From NCBI GenBank assembly GCA_043803405.1, contig JAZDKB010000042.1, positions 1 to 11,130 on the forward strand: DNA of 11,130 bases. Reading direction: 5' to 3'. Made by a program: the position numbers and the translations under genes. The notes under the pieces are model-generated. The model had not been told where the DNA came from. It ran no database searches and saw nothing but the letters and a program-made list of their open reading frames with translations. Position 1 is the stretch's first letter, and each line of letters begins with the position of its first letter. The stretch comes from Spirochaetota bacterium (GTDB taxonomy: Bacteria > Spirochaetota > UBA4802 > JAFGDQ01). Positions 1 through 7,258 of this stretch are shown here, piece by piece.

Positions 1-204
1 AAAATTAATATTTAATTTTAATCTTTTTAATAATACTTTTATTAAATATTTATACCGGCTCTATAAAAAGAAACTGGAATGATTGATCTTGTTGCTTTTA
101 TTCTTTTTATGAATACCCTGACCCCACCTGTCACCTCTGCAATAGAAGGTAGAATAAAAACCTTTGAGTAAATAACCTCTTATCATCAATTCCTTCGCAT
201 ATTT

Positions 205-240
205 AAAACCTTTTGCGAAATCGCAAAAGGTTTTTTTTTT
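205..240. terminator. Intrinsic (Rho-independent) terminator, probably bidirectional
   Basis: Perfect inverted repeat AAAACCTTTTGCGA (205-218) / TCGCAAAAGGTTTT (221-234). It is followed by T10 on + (231-240) and by TTTT on -, and lies just downstream of the icmF stop at 250. Confidence 0.9.
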
Positions 241-249
241 AATATTAAT

Positions 250-3200
250 TTACATATTCCGCCTGTACTGTCCTCCAACGTCAAATAAAGCCTGCGTAAT
301 TTGTCCCAGTGAACAGCATTTAACGGTCTCCATAAGTTCTGTGAAAACATTTTTCCCGGAAAGAGCTGCCTGCTGCAGATGTTCGAGAGCCTTCGGCGCT
401 TTATCGGCATTGAGTTTTTTAAACTCGTTAAGACGTTTAAGCTGAGATTGTCTTTCTTCTTCGCTGGCTCTCATTAAATCAACGGATGAACTAGTCTCTC
501 TCTGATTTTCGTCCGGATTAAGGAATGTATTTACTCCTATTATGGGGAACTCGCCTGTGTGTTTAAGCGTTTCATAATAAATCGATTCTTCCTGAATTTT
601 ACTGCGCTGATATCCTTTCTCCATAGCGCCGAGAACTCCGCCGCGTTCGGTTATCCTGTCAAATTCCAGGAGTACGGCATCCTCAACAAGCTTTGTCAGC
701 TCCTCGACAATAAAACTGCCCTGGTATGGATTCTCGTTCTTGGCAAGCCCCCATTCGCGGTTAATAATGAGCTGTATTGCGAGAGCCCTGCGTACGGATT
801 CAGGGCTGGGCGTTGTTATAGCTTCATCGTATGCGTTGGTGTGCATACTGTTTGCATTATCGTAAACACCGCACAGAGCCTGCAGCGTTGTCCTTATGTC
901 GTTGAACTGAATATCGCGGCTATGCAAAGAGCGTCCCGAAGTCTGAACATGATACTTAAGCATTTGTGACCGTTCTGCTCCGGTATATTTGTGCTTTATG
1001 GCAACCGACCATATCCTGCGCGCAACGCGGCCGATCACCGTATACTCGGGATCCATGCCGTTCGAGAAAAAGAAAGACAGATTCGGCGCAAAACTGTCTA
1101 TATTCATCCCTCTTGAAAGATAATATTCCACGTAAGTAAATGCATTTGCAAGGGTAAATGCAAGCTGTGTTATCGGATTTGCTCCTGCTTCGGCAATATG
1201 ATAACCGGAGATAGAAACCGAGTAGAAATTCCTGACATTATTATCAATAAAATATTGCTGGATATCGCCCATCATTTTCAGAGCAAATTCAATAGAAAAT
1301 ATACAGGTATTCTGCCCCTGGTCTTCCTTTAAAATATCTGCCTGAACAGTGCCCCTGACAGTCGAAAACGCCGAAGCTTTTATTTTCGCGTATTCCGCCT
1401 CCGAAGGTTCCCTCTTATTAGCATTTCTAAAGGCATCAACCTGCTGATCAACAGCAGTGTTAAGAAACATTGCGAGCATAACAGGCGCAGGACCGTTTAT
1501 AGTCATTGAAACTGAAGTTGACGGCGCGCAAAGGTCGAAGCCGTCATATAATACCTTAAGATCATCCAATGTGCATATACTAACGCCGGCCGTGCCTACC
1601 TTGCCGTAAATATCGGGACGCAGGTCGGGATCGTAACCGTACAATGTAGCAGAATCGAACGCTGTTGAGAGCCGCTTCGCTTCATAGTTGCCGGAAACAA
1701 GTTTAAAGCGCCTGTTCGTTCTCTGCGGATCGCCCTCTCCAGCGAACATCCGTGTCGGATCCTCATTTGTTCGTTTAAGCGGGAAAAGCCCTGCTGTATA
1801 GGGAAAGTTACCCGGAATGTTTTCTTCCCTCATCCACTTGTATATCTCCCCCGGATCCTCATACTGCGGCAAAGCAATCTTGGGAATTTTTAAATGACAT
1901 AAAGACTCGACTTTTAATGGAATTCTCAGCTCTTTGCCCCTCACATAATATATTAGTTCATCCTTTTTATAAACAGATTTAATATCATTCCATTTCGTTA
2001 AGAGTTCAGTTGTTTCTTCATCCAGTTGTTTCTTTGCATCATCAATCTCCGCAGCGATTTTATCTGTCACATCGCTGTTATTTTTAAGAGACTTCATTGT
2101 TTCCTCTAGATGCCAGACATGCCTGAGACATTTTGCCTGTGCTTCCGTTTGTTTATGATATTCCCTGATAGTGTCCGCAATCTCTGAAAGATAACGCGTG
2201 CGTTCGGGAGGAATGATTATTGTTTTTGATGTTGATATTTTTGTGAGTGATTTCGGAAGATGCGTCTTAAACTCAACTCTGCTTTTTTCCTTGAGCAAAC
2301 CGATAAGTGCGCTGTAAAGCGCAGTAACGCCGTCATCGTTGAACTTCGAAGCAATAGTTCCGAACACCGGCATTTCTTCGGTCTTTTTCTCGAATGTTTT
2401 ACGATTTCTCTGCACTTGCTTGCGCACGTCGCGCAACGCGTCCTCGCTCCCGGGCTTTTCAAACTTGTTAACTACTACAAGATCGGCGTAGTCGAGCATA
2501 TCAATTTTCTCAAGCTGCGAGGCGGCCCCGAACTCGCCCGTCATTACGTACATGGAAATATCGACCAGATCAGTAATCTGGGAATCGCCCTGCCCTATTC
2601 CGGCAGTCTCCGCTATAACAAGATCAAATCCTGCGGCCTTTACCACCTTGATTGCGTCAATAAGTACGGACGAAATCTCCGAGTTCGACTGGCGCGTTGC
2701 CAGGCTGCGCATATAAACCCTGTCGTTAAAAATAGAGTTCATCCTGATCCTGTCGCCCAGAAGCGCGCCTCCGGTTTTACGCCTTGAGGGGTCGCAGCTA
2801 ATTACAGCTATGCTAATATCCTTTATATCCTGTAAAAATCTTATAATAAGCTCGTCAATAAGCGAAGATTTGCCTGCGCCGCCGGTCCCCGTAATACCTA
2901 TAACCGGAATTTTCTTTTTTTCTATTTTGCTGCTGATTTCGTTCTTGAGTTTATCTATAATTTTCTGATCGTGTCCGGGAGCCTCAATCGCTGTTATCGC
3001 TTTAGCAATATATAATTTATTCGATTCCGAAAGTCCGCCGTTGAAATCAAAATTTTTAACTGTAGAAAAATCCATATTCTGTATCATGTGATTTATCATT
3101 CCCTGAAGACCCATTTTACTTCCGTCCTCAGGAGAATAAATTTTAGTCACGCCGTATTTCTCCAGGTCAGCGATTTCCGAAGGTATGATAACGCCCCCGC

Positions 3201-3501
3201 CGCCGCCGAACACTTTAATGCCTGCTCCTCTTTCTTTCAGCAGATCAACGATATATTTGAAATATTCGACATGCCCTCCCTGGTAGCTGGAAACAGCAAT
3301 TCCCTGCGCATCTTCTTCTATAGCTGCGTCAACGATTTCACGCACAGACCTGTTATGGCCAAGATGAATAACTTCAACACCAGAATCCTGCAGGATTCTC
3401 CGCATTATATTTATAGAAACATCGTGGCCGTCAAAAAGCGACGTTGCAGTTACAACTCTTATGTTGTTTACCGGATTATATTTCTCCGCTTCGATGTTCA
3501 T
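250..3501 (-). CDS. icmF: Fused isobutyryl-CoA mutase / MeaB-like G-protein chaperone (IcmF), adenosylcobalamin-dependent
   Basis: 1083 aa with the IcmF domain order. N-terminal B12-binding domain ([20 protein letters not shown]); MeaB GTPase ([36 protein letters not shown]); C-terminal mutase barrel ([68 protein letters not shown]). SD GGAGG at 3506-3510 on -. Confidence 0.97.
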   Translation of the reverse strand: MNIEAEKYNPVNNIRVVTATSLFDGHDVSINIMRRILQDSGVEVIHLGHNRSVREIVDAAIEEDAQGIAVSSYQGGHVEYFKYIVDLLKERGAGIKVFGGGGGVIIPSEIADLEKYGVTKIYSPEDGSKMGLQGMINHMIQNMDFSTVKNFDFNGGLSESNKLYIAKAITAIEAPGHDQKIIDKLKNEISSKIEKKKIPVIGITGTGGAGKSSLIDELIIRFLQDIKDISIAVISCDPSRRKTGGALLGDRIRMNSIFNDRVYMRSLATRQSNSEISSVLIDAIKVVKAAGFDLVIAETAGIGQGDSQITDLVDISMYVMTGEFGAASQLEKIDMLDYADLVVVNKFEKPGSEDALRDVRKQVQRNRKTFEKKTEEMPVFGTIASKFNDDGVTALYSALIGLLKEKSRVEFKTHLPKSLTKISTSKTIIIPPERTRYLSEIADTIREYHKQTEAQAKCLRHVWHLEETMKSLKNNSDVTDKIAAEIDDAKKQLDEETTELLTKWNDIKSVYKKDELIYYVRGKELRIPLKVESLCHLKIPKIALPQYEDPGEIYKWMREENIPGNFPYTAGLFPLKRTNEDPTRMFAGEGDPQRTNRRFKLVSGNYEAKRLSTAFDSATLYGYDPDLRPDIYGKVGTAGVSICTLDDLKVLYDGFDLCAPSTSVSMTINGPAPVMLAMFLNTAVDQQVDAFRNANKREPSEAEYAKIKASAFSTVRGTVQADILKEDQGQNTCIFSIEFALKMMGDIQQYFIDNNVRNFYSVSISGYHIAEAGANPITQLAFTLANAFTYVEYYLSRGMNIDSFAPNLSFFFSNGMDPEYTVIGRVARRIWSVAIKHKYTGAERSQMLKYHVQTSGRSLHSRDIQFNDIRTTLQALCGVYDNANSMHTNAYDEAITTPSPESVRRALAIQLIINREWGLAKNENPYQGSFIVEELTKLVEDAVLLEFDRITERGGVLGAMEKGYQRSKIQEESIYYETLKHTGEFPIIGVNTFLNPDENQRETSSSVDLMRASEEERQSQLKRLNEFKKLNADKAPKALEHLQQAALSGKNVFTELMETVKCCSLGQITQALFDVGGQYRRNM

Positions 3502-3536
3502 ATTACCTCCGCAAATTTAATAGTTAAAAATGTACA

Positions 3537-3564
3537 ATTATGCAAATCAAATAAAAATAATCAA
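3537..3564 (-). promoter_or_regulatory. Possible sigma70 promoter for icmF
   Basis: On the - strand: TTGATT (3564-3559), 16 nt spacer, CATAAT (3542-3537), about 35 nt upstream of the start codon. The region is very AT-rich, so a chance match is possible. Confidence 0.4.
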
Positions 3565-3603
3565 GCAAAAGTGAAATTTTTATATTCATAAATGAGTTTA
3601 TAT

Positions 3604-3632
3604 TTGACAAAAGAATATTTAATTTTTATAAT
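3604..3632 (+). promoter_or_regulatory. Consensus sigma70 promoter
   Basis: TTGACA (3604-3609), 17 nt spacer, TATAAT (3627-3632): a perfect match to consensus. Confidence 0.85.
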
Positions 3633-3712
3633 CTATGTTTAATTGCAACTTTGACAATAAATATAGAAATTATTGTTTTATTATAAATAATACGGGCATA
3701 ACAGGTAAAAAA

Positions 3713-4273
3713 ATGAATATTAGAAATAAAATCTTAAATATATCTGTCATTTTACTGCTTTTTGCTTTTATAAATGTTTTTAACGACAGTCTGCATTCCG
3801 CCGTACTGTTTAATTCATGGGGATTATCCAAAGAAACAGTCATAAAAAAACATATCACACCGGGTGAAGAAACAGTAACATTTACACCCTCGAAAAACCC
3901 GGATTACGAAAATAAAATAATGAATATGGTAAAACTAATCGTAAAAAATGTAGATTCCGATGCTGATAAAGATATTGAAATAATCAGCACAAAAACGACT
4001 CCAAGAAAGGATTTTTTACTTTTTAAAAATAAACTATTTTCCGTTCTTGAACTTTATAACTCTATTTCAAAAGATGAACTAAAAAGCGTTATTAAAAAAT
4101 TATCCGGTCAATACGGAGAACCGAATTATAATCCCGGAAGTGAAATGGATATATATTTTATCTCAAATAAAGAAACAAAGATCATTGTTCATTATTATAT
4201 TAAATCAAAAAAATGCGAAATCTATTTTTATGATTCCCATCTGTATCATAAATTATCCTCCAATGAATTTTAA
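3713..4273 (+). CDS. Hypothetical secreted/periplasmic protein (186 aa)
   Basis: The ORF track starts at 3635, but that ATG lies only 2 nt after the -10 box. ATG 3713 has an AGGT SD-like motif upstream and begins a typical signal peptide (MNIRNK-ILNISVILLLFAFINVF...SLHS/A). The mature part has WGLSKETV and LSGQYGEP motifs; no family recognised with confidence. Confidence 0.75.
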   Translation: MNIRNKILNISVILLLFAFINVFNDSLHSAVLFNSWGLSKETVIKKHITPGEETVTFTPSKNPDYENKIMNMVKLIVKNVDSDADKDIEIISTKTTPRKDFLLFKNKLFSVLELYNSISKDELKSVIKKLSGQYGEPNYNPGSEMDIYFISNKETKIIVHYYIKSKKCEIYFYDSHLYHKLSSNEF

Positions 4274-4350
4274 AATCTGATTATTGCTGTAAATATTATT
4301 TTAATTCTTTATAAAAACTAATAAAATTTTTATTTTTTTTATAAATATTC

Positions 4351-4378
4351 TTGACTCTGATTCTAATTTATTTCTAAT
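4351..4378 (+). promoter_or_regulatory. Probable sigma70 promoter for rpsT (and possibly the tRNA)
   Basis: TTGACT (4351-4356), 16 nt spacer, TCTAAT (4373-4378), about 40 nt before the rpsT start. Confidence 0.5.
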
Positions 4379-4418
4379 TGTGGCTTAAAATAAAATTTTC
4401 TATGGAAAAGGTATCAAG

Positions 4419-4697
4419 TTGGCAAATACAAAATCGACAGAAAAGAGAATAAGACAAAGCGAAAAAAGCAGAAAACATAATGTTGAAATAAAATCTTCAC
4501 TCAGAACAGCCGCAAAAAAAGTATTAAAAAAGATAAGCGCTTCTTCCAACCCGGAGGAAACAAAAGAAAATTTTAGACAATTTGCAAAAGGCATTGATAC
4601 TGCCGTAAGGAAAGGCGTTGTTCATAAAAAAACTGCTGCAAGAAAAAAATCCAGGCTGGCAAAAAAAATTAATTCGTCAGCTAAAAAAAGCAGTTAA
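4419..4697 (+). CDS. rpsT: 30S ribosomal protein S20
   Basis: 92-aa basic protein: MANTKSTEKRIRQ...N...KSSLRTAAKK...IDTAVRKGVVHKKTAARKKSRL. TTG start (as known for rpsT) and AAAGG SD at 4407-4411. Confidence 0.97.
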   Translation: MANTKSTEKRIRQSEKSRKHNVEIKSSLRTAAKKVLKKISASSNPEETKENFRQFAKGIDTAVRKGVVHKKTAARKKSRLAKKINSSAKKSS

Positions 4698-4806
4698 TCA
4701 GGTAATCTTTTTAACGTTTTTAGATTCAGGCATCAATATAAAATTTAATTCAGAGAAGTACAGAAAAAAAGACAGGTTTTATAAGTAAAATTTGATTTAT
4801 ATGTCA

Positions 4807-4879
4807 GGGCGCTTAGCTCAGCTGGGAGAGCATCTGCCTTACAAGCAGAGGGTCGCAGGTTCGATCCCTGCAGCGCCCA
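4807..4879 (+). tRNA. tRNA-Val (anticodon TAC), 3' CCA not encoded
   Basis: Acceptor stem GGGCGCT/AGCGCCC plus discriminator A; D arm GCTC-AGCTGGGA-GAGC; anticodon arm TCTGC-CTTACAA-GCAGA (TAC at 4840-4842); T arm GCAGG-TTCGATC-CCTGC. Followed by ATAC rather than CCA. Confidence 0.97.
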
Positions 4880-4883
4880 ATAC

Positions 4884-4909
4884 GAAACCCTGATAAAATA
4901 CAGGGTTTC
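4884..4909 (+). repeat. 9-bp inverted repeat immediately 3' of the tRNA (terminator-like or att-site-associated hairpin)
   Basis: GAAACCCTG (4884-4892) - ATAAAATA - CAGGGTTTC (4901-4909); no long U-tract follows. Confidence 0.7.
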
Positions 4910-4992
4910 AGGAAACTACCGAACAACCGGCGTTTCTCAAATCTAAAAAATGTCAGATAAATGTAATAAGAATCTGATGAAAGATTGAGAAA

Positions 4993-5139
4993 ATGGCCGG
5001 TTTTTCTATTTATACCCGCAAGTACAAGAACGGAAAATCCGTTTACTACGCACGATTTAAAAAATACTTAAATCTTATTTGTATTTATAGCTGTTTAAAT
5101 AATCATTTTTATACTCTTCTTAGGTTCTCATATATATAA
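4993..5139 (+). pseudogene. Probable truncated N-terminus of a tyrosine recombinase/integrase (48-codon ORF)
   Basis: Manual translation: MAGFSIYTRKYKNGKSVYYARFKK-YLNLICIYSCLNNHFYTLLRFSYI*. The first ~24 aa resemble the N-terminal arm-binding beta-hairpin of phage/island integrases; the rest is AT-rich filler. It lies about 110 nt downstream of a tRNA. Based on pattern recognition, not a database hit. Confidence 0.55.
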
Positions 5140-5175
5140 CAATTTCCATTAATAACAATTCATAAATATCATGAA

Positions 5176-5205
5176 TTGACATTGCTGTCAAAAACGGAAT
5201 TTAAT
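5176..5205 (+). promoter_or_regulatory. Promoter of the hydrolase gene with a palindromic operator over the -35 box
   Basis: TTGACA (5176-5181)-TTGC-TGTCAA (5186-5191) is a perfect 6-4-6 palindrome. Candidate -10 TTTAAT at 5200-5205 (18 nt spacer). Confidence 0.55.
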
Positions 5206-5276
5206 CAGGTATCAAATAAAATCAAACATATAAGTTTAAATAATATAATATTATAAAATCAATCAAAGGAGGCATT

Positions 5277-6077
5277 ATGTTCAAATTACTAATTATATGT
5301 ATATCCTGCTTCGGGATTCTACTCACGTTTAACGATTCAGCTTCGGCAAAAATTATTACAAAGGATATTGAGTATAAAGAAGGGGATACTGTTCTGCAGG
5401 GATATCTTGCATATGACAATTCAATAAAAGGAAAGCGTCCCGGTATTTTAATTATTCATGAGTGGAACGGACTTGGCTCCTACGTTAAAATGCGTTCAGA
5501 GCAAATTGTAAAACTCGGGTATGTGGCTTTTTGTGCGGATATTTACGGGAAAGGCATAAGGCCGAAAAATATGGAGGAATCAGGCAAACAAGCCGGTATT
5601 TACAGAGCTGACAGGGAGTTGATGCGAAAACGCGCGGCAGCCGGTCTTGCTGAACTCAGGAAACAGCCAATGGTCGACTCGGCAAGAATAGCAGCAATGG
5701 GTTACTGCTTCGGAGGCCAGTGCGTGCTTGAATTAGCCAGAAGCGGAGCAGATATTTCCGGAGCTGCAAGCTTCCACGGTAATCTCGACACACCTTTTCC
5801 CGAAGATGCAAAGAACATAAAAGCCAAAATCCTTGTAATGCATGGCGCAAACGATCCTTATGTTACCCGTGATCAAATGAATGCGTTTCAGGATGAAATG
5901 CGTAAAGCAGACAATGTCGACTGGCAGTTGATAATCTACAGCGGAGCAGTACACGGTTTCACAAATCCGGCTAATGGTAATGATTCTGCCAAGGGACTTG
6001 CCTATAATAAAAATGCTGATAAACGTTCGTGGGATGCAATGAAACAATTCTACAAAGAAATATTTATTTTAAAATAG
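5277..6077 (+). CDS. Dienelactone hydrolase family protein with N-terminal signal peptide
   Basis: 266 aa; HEWNGL, nucleophile motif GYCFGG, FHG, HGANDP, AVHGFTNP, ADKRSW. Signal peptide ends at ASA/K. SD AAGGAGG at 5266-5272. Confidence 0.93.
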   Translation: MFKLLIICISCFGILLTFNDSASAKIITKDIEYKEGDTVLQGYLAYDNSIKGKRPGILIIHEWNGLGSYVKMRSEQIVKLGYVAFCADIYGKGIRPKNMEESGKQAGIYRADRELMRKRAAAGLAELRKQPMVDSARIAAMGYCFGGQCVLELARSGADISGAASFHGNLDTPFPEDAKNIKAKILVMHGANDPYVTRDQMNAFQDEMRKADNVDWQLIIYSGAVHGFTNPANGNDSAKGLAYNKNADKRSWDAMKQFYKEIFILK

Positions 6078-6132
6078 GAAAATATCTATTAACTAATTAG
6101 CTAGCCATCAGTAGGATAATAAAATACAGTTG

Positions 6133-6840
6133 TTAATTAGATTTTTCAGAAAGATATTCATTTATCTTTGTCATAAGTTCACCGGGATGCCTGAGCAATA
6201 TCTTTGCTCCATTTTCCATAAGCTCTTCCGCAGTGCGGAAACCCCATAGAGCGCCTATTGCGAACATGCCGCATTTATTTGCGGTCATCATGTCTATACC
6301 TGTGTCGCCAAGATATAAAATTTTCAAAGGAGGAATCCCGAAGATTTCGCTAATTTGCAATGCGCCTGTAGGGTCGGGCTTTGCAGGCATATCCGGACGG
6401 CTGCCTATCACTGTTTCAAATCTCCTATCCGGCAAAAGTGCCTTTACTAAGGTACGCGTCAAAATATCAGCTTTATTAGAGAGCACTGCCATTTTAAAAT
6501 TCAATTGCTCAAATTCATCGATCATTGCCGCAATGCCGTCATACAGCCTGGTATCCTTGAGATAATTAACCCTGTAGTCTTCCATCAAGAGAGCCAGGCA
6601 TTCTGCAATAGTCTCTTTTCTCCTCTCCTTCTCCGGAAGCGCCTCTATCACGAGATGTTCAAGCCCGCGGCCAACGAAATATTTATATGCGTTATAATTA
6701 TGAGCCGGAAATCCCATGCGGGAAAGAACCCTGTTCATTGAACCAGTTATATCGAGAAGCGTATCTGCAAGGGTTCCGTCAAGGTCAAAGATTATGCCTT
6801 TGAATCTGATTGTAATTATGTTAGTATTTTTTTTAGTCAA
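6133..6840 (-). CDS. HAD-superfamily hydrolase (phosphoglycolate phosphatase-like, subfamily IA)
   Basis: Motif I IIFDLDGTLADT, motif II LSNK, motif III KPDP, motif IV GDTGID, and C-terminal WGFR...EEL...GA. TTG start with AAGGA upstream; the exact start is uncertain. Confidence 0.92.
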   Translation of the reverse strand: MTKKNTNIITIRFKGIIFDLDGTLADTLLDITGSMNRVLSRMGFPAHNYNAYKYFVGRGLEHLVIEALPEKERRKETIAECLALLMEDYRVNYLKDTRLYDGIAAMIDEFEQLNFKMAVLSNKADILTRTLVKALLPDRRFETVIGSRPDMPAKPDPTGALQISEIFGIPPLKILYLGDTGIDMMTANKCGMFAIGALWGFRTAEELMENGAKILLRHPGELMTKINEYLSEKSN

Positions 6841-7258
6841 AATATTTCTTCCTTATATCCTTTGTTCTGAAAAAACATCAATAGCATCTTTATAACTAAT
6901 TATCTCAATTGTAATATTAACAAACCAGACAACCTTTAATCAGTACAATTTTTTAATTAATTATTGCAATTATTTTAAAATTATAATTAAATAAAAGTTA
7001 GACCATTACATATAATCCTTTGTGAACATACCGCAGCCTGATGTTTATTATTGAAAAACCGATCTTATCATAATCAGCCGCCAGAATCGAGCATTGTTTA
7101 AAAACCGGTAATGGTGACTTGAAGTGCACAGGGAATATTGCAGACCAAAAGATAAGTATACAACTCTTGAGCTAATCAACTCCGCTCAAAAATTAACAAT
7201 CTGGCAACAACATTAAGCAGCAGGACGCAGGCACAAAGAAATCGGTGAGGAGAAATCT

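Noticed and set aside
879..888. CCTGCAGCG matching part of the tRNA-Val 3' end (possible att duplicate)
   Set aside because: Only 9 bp, inside the intact icmF coding sequence; expected by chance.
559..3591. Antisense or alternate-frame ORFs within icmF (559-969, 2217-2462, 2260-2787, 3088-3591)
   Set aside because: They overlap a well-supported conserved gene and show no recognisable motifs; typical shadow ORFs.
3635..3712. Longer N-terminus of the hypothetical protein from ATG 3635
   Set aside because: The ATG sits 2 nt after the -10 box, upstream of the expected TSS, has no SD, and would bury the signal peptide.
5222..6741. Short ORFs overlapping the dienelactone hydrolase and HAD genes
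   Set aside because: Opposite-strand shadows of confident genes with no protein signatures.
7020..7037. TTGTGAA half-site suggesting a Rex operator upstream of the etf operon
   Set aside because: The second half (CCGCAGC) does not resemble TTCACAA.
7100..7150. GGTG...AGGGAA reminiscent of a cobalamin riboswitch
   Set aside because: The order and spacing do not fit, and no GCAACTG/GCCACTG or B12-box elements are present.
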